This document shows positions 56,772-64,000 of a DNA stretch of 64,000 nt, in pieces. Position 1 is the first letter of the stretch. Each line of letters opens with the position of its first letter. Under the pieces are notes generated by a model. The model saw nothing but the letters and a program-made list of their open reading frames with translations, was not told where the DNA came from and did not search any database. The position numbers and the translations under genes are program-made. This DNA comes from a bacterium (GTDB lineage Bacteria > Bacillota_I > Bacilli_A > RF39 > UBA660), in the NCBI GenBank assembly GCA_029100545.1, contig JAQXPH010000012.1, forward strand, positions 2,732 to 66,731. The letters run 5' to 3'.

Positions 56772-56801
56772 TTGATATTTCATGTAATAATGTGGTATTA
56801 T
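56772..56801 (+). promoter_or_regulatory. SigA-type promoter of the S10 ribosomal-protein operon
   Basis: TTGATA (56772-56777), 18-nt spacer ending in TGG, TATTAT (56796-56801). A ~130-nt leader follows. Confidence 0.55.
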
Positions 56802-56936
56802 TATCTTTGTATGACTGCGGTGATGTGCAAGGTTGCTGATACACTAGGAATAGTTGGTAAATATATTTCAAATTGTATTAGGTAATTTGTACGGAGCAAG
56901 CCTATATTTAATATAGACGAAAGGAGAAAATAAAAA

Positions 56937-57245
56937 ATGGCAAAACAAGAAATTCGTATTACTTTAAAAGCATATGATCATCGTATATTAGATGTAGCAG
57001 CTGGAAAAATATGTGAAACAGTAAAAAGAACTGGTGGTGAAATATCTGGACCTGTACCTCTTCCTACTGAAATTGAAAAATTTACTGTATTAAGAGCGGT
57101 TCACAAATATAAGGATTCTCGTGAACAATTTGAAAGAAGAACTCACAAAAGACTTATAGATATTAAAAATCCAAGCAAAGAAACTGTTGATGCGCTAACT
57201 CATTTAGATTTACCAAGTGGCGTACAAATTAATATTAAATTATAA
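56937..57245 (+). CDS. rpsJ: 30S ribosomal protein S10
   Basis: [14 protein letters not shown]...RTHKRLIDI. First gene of the S10 operon. Confidence 0.97.
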   Translation: MAKQEIRITLKAYDHRILDVAAGKICETVKRTGGEISGPVPLPTEIEKFTVLRAVHKYKDSREQFERRTHKRLIDIKNPSKETVDALTHLDLPSGVQINIKL

Positions 57246-57265
57246 AAAAAGGAAGGAAGGAAAAT

Positions 57266-58000
57266 ATGAAAGGAATCTTAGGACGCAAAGTTGGAATGAC
57301 TAGTGTTTTTTCTAAAGATGGTAAGTTAATACCTGTTACTGTTGTTGAAATATTACCTAATAAAGTAATGCAAGTAAAAACAGTTGAAAAAGATGGTTAT
57401 AATGCAATTCAACTTGGCGTAATTGACAAAAAAGAAAAAAATGCAACTAAAGCAGAAATCGGAAGTGCAAAAAAAGCAAATACAACTCCTAAGCGCTTCT
57501 TAAAAGAAATAAGAGATTATGATGGCTCTTATAATATAGGAGATGAAATTACGGCTGATATCTTTACAGTTGGAGAAATTGTTGATGTAACAGGTACTAC
57601 AAAAGGTAAAGGATTTGCAGGTGTAATTAAAAGACATAATCAATCTAGAGGTCCTATGGGACATGGTTCACATTATCATAGAAGACCTGGTTCACTTGGA
57701 ACAATGCTTCCAAAAAGAGTATTAAAGGGTAAAAAATTAGCTGGACATATGGGTGTTGAAACAGTTACAATTCAAAACCTTGAAATTATTGAATCTAATG
57801 CTAATGAAAATTATATATTAGTTAGTGGTAATGTACCAGGAGCAAAAAATTCATTAGTTTTAATTAAAACAGCTGTTAAAGGTAACAAAAAAGTTAATCC
57901 TAAAGAAATAATTTCTTATGTTGAAGAAACAGTAGTAGATACTCAAGAAGTTGTTTCAGAAGTTAATCAAGAAGTTACTGAAGTAAAGGAAGACAAGTAG
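57266..58000 (+). CDS. rplC: 50S ribosomal protein L3 (acidic C-terminal extension)
   Basis: [12 protein letters not shown]...[12 protein letters not shown]. Operon order. Confidence 0.97.
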   Translation: MKGILGRKVGMTSVFSKDGKLIPVTVVEILPNKVMQVKTVEKDGYNAIQLGVIDKKEKNATKAEIGSAKKANTTPKRFLKEIRDYDGSYNIGDEITADIFTVGEIVDVTGTTKGKGFAGVIKRHNQSRGPMGHGSHYHRRPGSLGTMLPKRVLKGKKLAGHMGVETVTIQNLEIIESNANENYILVSGNVPGAKNSLVLIKTAVKGNKKVNPKEIISYVEETVVDTQEVVSEVNQEVTEVKEDK

Positions 58001-58019
58001 TCTTTTAAAGGAGGATAAA

Positions 58020-58643
58020 ATGACAAAAGTAAGTATTAATAATTTAAAAGGCGAAAAAGTTGGCGATTTAACATTAAAATCAACTATTTGGACAGTAGAT
58101 ATAAATGCAAATGCAATGAAAAAAATGGTTAGACTTCAACTTGATTCTTCAAGACAAGGAACTGCAAAAACAAAGACTCGTGCTGAGGTATCTGGTGGTG
58201 GAAGAAAACCATGGAAACAAAAAGGAACTGGTAGAGCAAGACAAGGTTCTATTCGTGCTACACAATGGCGTGGTGGTGGAATAGCTTTAGGTGTAAATCC
58301 AAGAGATTATTCATTTAAAATTAATCGTAAAGAAAGAGTTCTTGCGTTAAAAAGTGCTCTTGTTTCAAAATTAAATGACAAAAAAATATTAGTTGTTGAT
58401 AGCCTTAAACTTAATGATTTAAAAACAAAAACTGGTGTTCAACTATTAAAAGATTTAAAACTTGAAGGAAAAGTATTATTTGTTGCTAATGAAGATGCTG
58501 AAAATCTTTATATGGCTACAAGAAATTTAAATAATGTACTTGTATTATTCCCAGATGAAATCAATGTTTATGATATTTTAAACGCTGATGAATTAGTATT
58601 TGATGAAGCAAGTATTAAAATGGTAGAGGAGGCTCTTAAATAA
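58020..58643 (+). CDS. rplD: 50S ribosomal protein L4
   Basis: GGGRKPWKQKGTGRARQGSIR. Confidence 0.97.
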   Translation: MTKVSINNLKGEKVGDLTLKSTIWTVDINANAMKKMVRLQLDSSRQGTAKTKTRAEVSGGGRKPWKQKGTGRARQGSIRATQWRGGGIALGVNPRDYSFKINRKERVLALKSALVSKLNDKKILVVDSLKLNDLKTKTGVQLLKDLKLEGKVLFVANEDAENLYMATRNLNNVLVLFPDEINVYDILNADELVFDEASIKMVEEALK

Positions 58644-58918
58644 TGAGACATTATTCTGATATTATTATTGCTCCGGTTGTTACTGAAAAAACAATGACTT
58701 TAAGAAATGAAAATGTTTATACATTTAAAGTAGCCAAGGATGCAAGCAAAGATGAAATTAAAAATGCTGTTGAAAATGCATTTAATGTAAAAGTAGCAAG
58801 TGTTAATACACTTAATACTAAATCTAAAAAAAGAAGAGTTGGAAAGTATCAAGGAAGAACTAAAACTTATAAAAAAGCTATCGTTACTTTAAAAGATGGT
58901 TCTTCTATCGATCTTTAG
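58643..58918 (+). CDS. rplW: 50S ribosomal protein L23
   Basis: IIIAPVVTEKT...YTFKV, 91 aa. Operon order. Confidence 0.95.
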   Translation: MRHYSDIIIAPVVTEKTMTLRNENVYTFKVAKDASKDEIKNAVENAFNVKVASVNTLNTKSKKRRVGKYQGRTKTYKKAIVTLKDGSSIDL

Positions 58919-58933
58919 TAGAAAGGAGAAATT

Positions 58934-59764
58934 ATGGCTATAAAACATTATAAACCAGTTACAAATGGTAGAAGAGGCATGAGCACTCTAGCAAATGACG
59001 AAATAACTAGCAAAACTCCTACTAAAGGTTTACTTAAAAAAGTTAAAAAAACTGGTGGTAGAAATAATCAAGGTAAAATGACAGTTAGACATATTGGTGG
59101 CGGCTCTAAAAGAAAATATCGTGTTATTGATTATAAAAGAGATAAAATTGGTGTTTCAGGAAAAGTTGCAACTATTGAATATGATCCAAATAGAACTGCT
59201 AATATTGCTTTAATTAATTATAAAGATGGAGAAAAAAGATATATTATTGCTCCAAAAGATTTAAAAGTTGGCGCTATTATTGAAAATGGTGAAAATGCTG
59301 ATATTAAAGTTGGAAATTCTTTACCACTTAAAAATATACCAGTTGGTACTTTAGTTCATTGCATTGAATTAAAACCAGGCAAAGGTGCTGAACTTTGTCG
59401 TAGTGCTGGAGCATCTGCTCAAATACTAGGTAGAGAAGGAAAATATGTTTTAGTTAGACTTCAATCAGGAGAAACAAGAAAAGTTCTTGATACATGTAAA
59501 GCTACAATTGGTGTTGTTGGTAATGAAGATGCTAATCTTGTTAATATTGGTAAAGCTGGTAGAACTAGACATATGGGAATAAGACCAACAAATAGAGGTT
59601 CAGTAATGAATCCTAATGATCACCCTCATGGTGGTGGTGAAGGTAGAGCTCCAATTGGTAGAAAGAGTCCAATGACTCCTTGGGGTAAACCTGCTCTTGG
59701 CGTTAAAACAAGAAAACCTAAAAAGGCTTCTAGCAAGTTAATTGTTAGTAGGAAAACTAAATAG
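58934..59764 (+). CDS. rplB: 50S ribosomal protein L2
   Basis: [17 protein letters not shown]...[12 protein letters not shown]. Confidence 0.98.
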   Translation: MAIKHYKPVTNGRRGMSTLANDEITSKTPTKGLLKKVKKTGGRNNQGKMTVRHIGGGSKRKYRVIDYKRDKIGVSGKVATIEYDPNRTANIALINYKDGEKRYIIAPKDLKVGAIIENGENADIKVGNSLPLKNIPVGTLVHCIELKPGKGAELCRSAGASAQILGREGKYVLVRLQSGETRKVLDTCKATIGVVGNEDANLVNIGKAGRTRHMGIRPTNRGSVMNPNDHPHGGGEGRAPIGRKSPMTPWGKPALGVKTRKPKKASSKLIVSRKTK

Positions 59765-59772
59765 GAGGAAAT

Positions 59773-60036
59773 ATGGCAAGAAGTTTAAAAAAAGGTGCTT
59801 TTGTTGATGAAAGCATTTACAATAAAATAGTTAAAATGAATAATGAAAATAAAAAATCAGTTATAAAAACTTGGTCAAGAAGAAGTACTATTTATCCTGA
59901 ATTTGTAGGACATACAATTGCAGTTCATAATGGTAAAGATTTTATCCCAGTTTATATTACTGAAGAGATGGTAGGCCACAAATTAGGCGAATTTTCACAA
60001 ACTCGTAAATTTACTGGTCATGCAGGAAATAAATAG
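59773..60036 (+). CDS. rpsS: 30S ribosomal protein S19
   Basis: [12 protein letters not shown]...IAVHNGK...GHKLGEF. Confidence 0.97.
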   Translation: MARSLKKGAFVDESIYNKIVKMNNENKKSVIKTWSRRSTIYPEFVGHTIAVHNGKDFIPVYITEEMVGHKLGEFSQTRKFTGHAGNK

Positions 60037-60044
60037 GAGGTAAA

Positions 60045-60392
60045 ATGGAAACTTATGCAAAACATAATACTGCAATGATTAAACCTAGACTTGCAAGGAT
60101 GACTATGGATTTAATTCGTGGAAAAGATGTTGAAACTGCAAGAGGTATACTTGAAAATACAAATACAAAAGCAAGTAGATTAATTATAAAGGTTTTAAAT
60201 TCTGCAGTCGCAAATGCTGTTAATAATTTTGGTGCTAATGAAAGTGATTTAGTAATTAGTAAATGCTTTATTAATCCAGGACCTATTTATAAAAGAATTC
60301 AATTTGCATCTCGTGGTAATGTTGATAGACATGATAAAAGAACAAGTCATATAGTTGTATATGTAACTGATAATAAGGAGGAAACGAAATAG
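60045..60392 (+). CDS. rplV: 50S ribosomal protein L22
   Basis: [11 protein letters not shown]...[16 protein letters not shown]. Confidence 0.95.
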   Translation: METYAKHNTAMIKPRLARMTMDLIRGKDVETARGILENTNTKASRLIIKVLNSAVANAVNNFGANESDLVISKCFINPGPIYKRIQFASRGNVDRHDKRTSHIVVYVTDNKEETK

Positions 60393-60393
60393 T

Positions 60394-61071
60394 ATGGGAC
60401 AAAAAGTAAATCCTATAGGATATCGTATTGGAGTTAATAAAGATTGGGATTCTAAATGGTATGCTGAAAAAGATTATTCAACTAAATTAATTAACGATAT
60501 TAAAATAAGAGAATATATTGAAAAAAATCTTAAGAGTGCTTCTATTTCAAAAGTTATAATTGAAAGAAGGAAAAATAAAGTTGAACTTACAATTTATACA
60601 GCAAGACCTGGTGTAATAATCGGCCGTGGTGGTGAAGATATTGAAAAACTTAGAAAGAAAATTTCTAAATTAGTAAATGAAGATGTTTACATTAATATTG
60701 TTGAAGAAAAAAATCCTGACTTAAATGCACAATTAGTAGCTGATAACATTGCTATGCAAATTGAAAATAGAGCACCATTTAGAAGTGTTCAAAAAAGAGC
60801 AATAAGAAATACTATGAAGGCTGGTGCTAAAGGAATAAAAACAGCTGTTTCTGGTAGACTTGGTGGAGCTGAAATGGCTAGAACTGAAGGCTATACTGAA
60901 GGAACGGTTCCTTTACATACAATAAGAGCTGATGTTGATTATGCAACTAGTGAAGCAAATACTATTTATGGTAAAATTGGTGTAAAAGTATGGATCTATA
61001 AAGACGAAATTCTTGACACTAAAAAAGTAAAGAAGGGGGAGATTAAAAATGTTAATGCCAAAAAGAACTAA
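60394..61071 (+). CDS. rpsC: 30S ribosomal protein S3
   Basis: [15 protein letters not shown] domain, [10 protein letters not shown]. Confidence 0.97.
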   Translation: MGQKVNPIGYRIGVNKDWDSKWYAEKDYSTKLINDIKIREYIEKNLKSASISKVIIERRKNKVELTIYTARPGVIIGRGGEDIEKLRKKISKLVNEDVYINIVEEKNPDLNAQLVADNIAMQIENRAPFRSVQKRAIRNTMKAGAKGIKTAVSGRLGGAEMARTEGYTEGTVPLHTIRADVDYATSEANTIYGKIGVKVWIYKDEILDTKKVKKGEIKNVNAKKN

Positions 61072-61474
61072 ATATCGTAAAAGTCATAGATTAAGTTACG
61101 AAGGCAAGGCAAAAGGAAATCTTACTCTAACTAATGGTGAATATGGTCTTCAAGCAATTGAAGGTGGATGGATTTCTGCTCGTCAAATTGAAGCTGCCCG
61201 TATTGCAATGACACGTTATATGAAAAGAGGAGGAAAAGTTTATATAAATATTTTCCCACATATGCCTAGAACAAGAAAACCACTTGAAACTAGACAAGGT
61301 AAAGGTAAAGGTAACGTAGAAGAATGGGTTGCAGTTGTTAAAAATGGTAAAATTATGTTTGAAGTTAGTGATGTTTCTGAAGAAATAGCTAGAGAAGCTT
61401 TAAGACTTGCTTCACACAAATTACCAATTAAAACAAAATTTGTTATGAAGGAGAGTGAAACTCTTGGAAATTAA
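61049..61474 (+). CDS. rplP: 50S ribosomal protein L16
   Basis: [11 protein letters not shown]...RMGKGKG-like RQGKGKGN. 23-nt overlap with rpsC. Confidence 0.97.
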   Translation: MLMPKRTKYRKSHRLSYEGKAKGNLTLTNGEYGLQAIEGGWISARQIEAARIAMTRYMKRGGKVYINIFPHMPRTRKPLETRQGKGKGNVEEWVAVVKNGKIMFEVSDVSEEIAREALRLASHKLPIKTKFVMKESETLGN

Positions 61475-61664
61475 TGAAATTAGAAAAATGTCTAAACAAG
61501 ATATTTTAAAGAAAATTAATGAAGATAAAGAAGAATTATTTAGAAAAAGAATGGCTCAATCTTCTGGAACTTTAGAAAATCCTGCAGTACTTAGAACTTT
61601 AAGAAGAGAAATTGCAAGATTAAAAACAATATTAAAAGAAAAAGAAATGGATGGTGAAAAATAA
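61455..61664 (+). CDS. rpmC: 50S ribosomal protein L29
   Basis: 69 aa with [18 protein letters not shown]. Non-ATG start. Operon order. Confidence 0.9.
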   Translation: MKLLEINEIRKMSKQDILKKINEDKEELFRKRMAQSSGTLENPAVLRTLRREIARLKTILKEKEMDGEK

Positions 61665-61921
61665 TGGAAAACAGAAAACAAGAATTAGTTGGAAAAGTTG
61701 TTAGTGATAAAAATAATAAAACTATTACTGTTTTAGTTGAAACTTATAAAAAACATCCATTATATGGCAAAAGAGTTAAATACTCTAAAAAATATGCAGC
61801 TCATGATGAAAAAAATGAAGCAAAAGTTGGAGATACAGTTAGAATTTCAATGACTAGACCTCTTTCTAAATCAAAAAGATATGAATTAGTTGAAGTTGTT
61901 GAAAAAGCTGTAATTTTATAG
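61664..61921 (+). CDS. rpsQ: 30S ribosomal protein S17
   Basis: [17 protein letters not shown]...HPLYGKRV...AHDE. Confidence 0.95.
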   Translation: MENRKQELVGKVVSDKNNKTITVLVETYKKHPLYGKRVKYSKKYAAHDEKNEAKVGDTVRISMTRPLSKSKRYELVEVVEKAVIL

Positions 61922-61931
61922 GAGGCTAATT

Positions 61932-62300
61932 ATGGTAATGCAAGAAAGTAGATTAAAAGTTGCTGATAATAGTGGTGCACGTGAACTTTTAGTAATCCGT
62001 GTTATGGGTGGAAGTAAAGTTAAAAGTGCTAATATTGGTGATGTAGTAGTCGGTACAGTAAAAAAAGCTATACCTAATAGTCCTGTAAAAGAGGGTAAAG
62101 TAGTAAAAGCTGTAATTGTTAGAACAGTTGAAGGTGTAAGAAGAAAAGATGGAAGTTATATCAAATTTGATGATAACGCATGTGTTCTTATTAAAGATGA
62201 TAAATCACCTATTGGTACAAGAGTTCTTGGCCCAGTAGCAAGAGAACTACGTGAAAAGGAATATAACAAAATTATATCTTTAGCACCAGAGGTTTTATAG
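61932..62300 (+). CDS. rplN: 50S ribosomal protein L14
   Basis: [14 protein letters not shown]...RELRE. Start at 61932 or 61938. Confidence 0.97.
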   Translation: MVMQESRLKVADNSGARELLVIRVMGGSKVKSANIGDVVVGTVKKAIPNSPVKEGKVVKAVIVRTVEGVRRKDGSYIKFDDNACVLIKDDKSPIGTRVLGPVARELREKEYNKIISLAPEVL

Positions 62301-62308
62301 GAGGATGT

Positions 62309-62620
62309 ATGAAGGTTAAAGTCGGAGATACAGTTAAAATTATTGCTGGTAAAGACAAAGGCAAAGAAGGCAAAGTAATTAAAACATACAAAAAATTAGA
62401 TAAAGTTGTTGTTGAAGGATTAAATATTGTAAAGAAACATTCAAAACCTAGAACTAATCAAGATAAGGGCGGAATATTTGATGTTGAAGCTCCAATTCAT
62501 ATATCTAATGTAAAAGTTATTTCTAATACTAAAGAGGATAAAGCAAAAGTTAAAGAAGTAAAAAATAGTGAAGAAAAGGTAACTAAGAAAAATACTTCTA
62601 AAAAAAAGGAAACAAAGTAG
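62309..62620 (+). CDS. rplX: 50S ribosomal protein L24 (Lys-rich C-terminal extension)
   Basis: [20 protein letters not shown] (KOW motif). Confidence 0.95.
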   Translation: MKVKVGDTVKIIAGKDKGKEGKVIKTYKKLDKVVVEGLNIVKKHSKPRTNQDKGGIFDVEAPIHISNVKVISNTKEDKAKVKEVKNSEEKVTKKNTSKKKETK

Positions 62621-62627
62621 GTGAGTT

Positions 62628-63167
62628 ATGAGTAATTTTAAAACTTTATATGAAAAAGAAATTAAAGATAGTCTAATGAAGGAATATAATTACACAACTG
62701 TTATGCAAGTACCTAAAATAACAAAAATTGTTATTAATATGGGTGTTGGCGAAGGTAGTAATGATTCTAAATTTATTGATGCTGCTGTTAAAGATTTAAC
62801 TTTAATAACAGGTCAAAAACCTATTGTTACAAAAGCTCGTAAATCAATTGCTGGTTTTAAATTAAGAGAGGGACAACCAATAGGTGTTAAAGTTACACTT
62901 CGTGGTGAAAAAATGTATGCTTTCTTTGAAAAATTAATTAAAATTGCACTTCCTCGTGTTAGAGATTTTAGAGGTGTATCACCAAAAAGTTTTGATGGAA
63001 AAGGAAATTATACATTAGGTGTTAAAGAACAATTTATTTTTCCAGAAATTAATTATGATGATGTTTTAAAAATTAGAGGTATGGATATTGTTATTGTAAC
63101 AACAGCTAACACTAATGATGAAGCACGTAGTTTACTAAAAGCATTTGGAATGCCTTTTAGAGGATAA
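62628..63167 (+). CDS. rplE: 50S ribosomal protein L5
   Basis: [14 protein letters not shown]...[21 protein letters not shown]. Confidence 0.97.
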   Translation: MSNFKTLYEKEIKDSLMKEYNYTTVMQVPKITKIVINMGVGEGSNDSKFIDAAVKDLTLITGQKPIVTKARKSIAGFKLREGQPIGVKVTLRGEKMYAFFEKLIKIALPRVRDFRGVSPKSFDGKGNYTLGVKEQFIFPEINYDDVLKIRGMDIVIVTTANTNDEARSLLKAFGMPFRG

Positions 63168-63178
63168 GGAGAGAAAAT

Positions 63179-63364
63179 ATGGCAAAAAAGAGTATGGTTG
63201 TAAAAAACAATCGTAAACCTAAATTTCAAGTTAGAGCTTATACTAGATGCAAAAGATGTGGTAGACCTCATGGTGTACTAAGAAAATTTGGCTTATGTCG
63301 TATTTGCTTTAGAGAACTTGCTAATAAAGGACAAATTCCAGGCGTTAAAAAATCTAGTTGGTAG
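63179..63364 (+). CDS. rpsN: 30S ribosomal protein S14 type Z (zinc-binding)
   Basis: 61 aa with CKRCGRPHG...CRICFRELA. Confidence 0.95.
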   Translation: MAKKSMVVKNNRKPKFQVRAYTRCKRCGRPHGVLRKFGLCRICFRELANKGQIPGVKKSSW

Positions 63365-63378
63365 AAAGGAAGATATAT

Positions 63379-63777
63379 ATGTTTGTACAAGATAAAATAG
63401 CAGATATGCTAACAAGAATAAGAAATGCAAATCAAATGAAATATACTGAAGTTGAAGTTGAAGGAACTAAAATCACTAAAGGTATTGCTCAAATCTTAAA
63501 AGATGAAGGTTATATCGAAGATTATAAATATACAAAAAAATCAACTGGTGATAAAATGACTTTAACACTTAAGTATGGTTCTAAAAAAGAAAGAGTAATA
63601 ACTGGTCTTAAAAGAGTAAGTAAATCTGGACTTAGAGTTTATGCACAAGCTGATAAACTTCCTAAAGTATTAAATGGACTAGGTATTGCAATTATTTCTA
63701 CTTCTAAAGGTTTAATGACTGATAAAGAAGCTAGAGAAAATGGGTTAGGAGGTGAAGTACTTGCCTATATCTGGTAA
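63379..63777 (+). CDS. rpsH: 30S ribosomal protein S8
   Basis: [11 protein letters not shown]...GGEVLAYIW. Start moved to ATG 63379 behind GAAAGGAAG. Confidence 0.95.
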   Translation: MFVQDKIADMLTRIRNANQMKYTEVEVEGTKITKGIAQILKDEGYIEDYKYTKKSTGDKMTLTLKYGSKKERVITGLKRVSKSGLRVYAQADKLPKVLNGLGIAIISTSKGLMTDKEARENGLGGEVLAYIW

Positions 63778-63784
63778 GTAATTT

Positions 63785-64000
63785 ATGAGTAGAATTGGTA
63801 ATAGAAGACTTTCTATCCCAGAAGGCGTAGAAGTAAAAGTTCAAGATAATATGGTTACAGTAAAAGGTCCAAAAGGAGAATTATTACTTGAAATAAGCCC
63901 ATTAATAAAAGTTGTTGTTGAAAATAATGAAGTACTAACTGAAAAAGTTCAAGATACTAAAGAATCAAATATCCTTTCTGGTACTACTAATTCAAATATT
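63785..64000 (+). CDS. rplF: 50S ribosomal protein L6, N-terminal fragment (runs off window)
   Basis: Hand translation gives MSRIGNRRLSIPEGVEVKVQDNMVTVKGPKGEL. Follows rpsH. Confidence 0.9.
   Translation, partial: MSRIGNRRLSIPEGVEVKVQDNMVTVKGPKGELLLEISPLIKVVVENNEVLTEKVQDTKESNILSGTTNSNI

Noticed and set aside
1-64000. Possibility of an alternative genetic code (TGA=Trp), given the Mollicutes-like AT content
   Set aside because: All conserved genes terminate at expected lengths under the standard code, and no conserved gene is interrupted by in-frame TGA.

Overview
Strongly AT-rich, densely packed, almost entirely core-gene window covering the chromosomal replication origin of an endospore-forming Firmicute. 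Gene order resembles B. subtilis, and rpoE (RNAP delta), a ComK-family gene and a minimal SRP RNA suggest a Bacilli/Erysipelotrichia-like lineage; the taxon call is low confidence. Standard genetic code. Minus-strand block (1-21.8 kb): secA', hpf, csp, spoIIQ-like, spoIID, rpiB, rpmE, murA, mntP, spoIIR, prmC, prfA, rpoE, argS, then (+) a class A PBP, then (-) parB, rsmG, mnmG, mnmE, jag, yidC, rnpA, rpmH. A bipartite oriC flanks dnaA and uses TTATCAACA-type DnaA boxes. Plus-strand block: dnaA, dnaN, comK-like, recF, gyrB, gyrA, a five-copy tandem parS array, SRP RNA, tadA, dnaX, ybaB, recR, bofA, holB, ricT, trmN6-like, pth, mfd, spoVT, T-box leader, dut, metG, tatD, rsmA, yabG, veg, spoVG, yabP, yabQ, divIC, (-) clpP, udk-like, gap, pgk, spo0A, gpmI, and the S10/spc ribosomal-protein operon (rpsJ to rplF'). 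No rRNA, tRNA, CRISPR, transposase or prophage genes were seen. Most notable observations: (1) a plasmid-centromere-like tandem array of five parS sites (four perfect) on a ~78-bp repeat unit downstream of gyrA, paired with an orphan ParB that has no adjacent ParA and carries a long low-complexity tail; (2) a Spo0A whose phospho-acceptor Asp is replaced by Glu, encoded inside the glycolytic gene cluster; (3) a ComK-family gene between dnaN and recF with a 0A box upstream; (4) a ~77-nt Alu-less SRP RNA in a sporulation-gene-bearing genome; (5) a T-box leader driving dut-metG.
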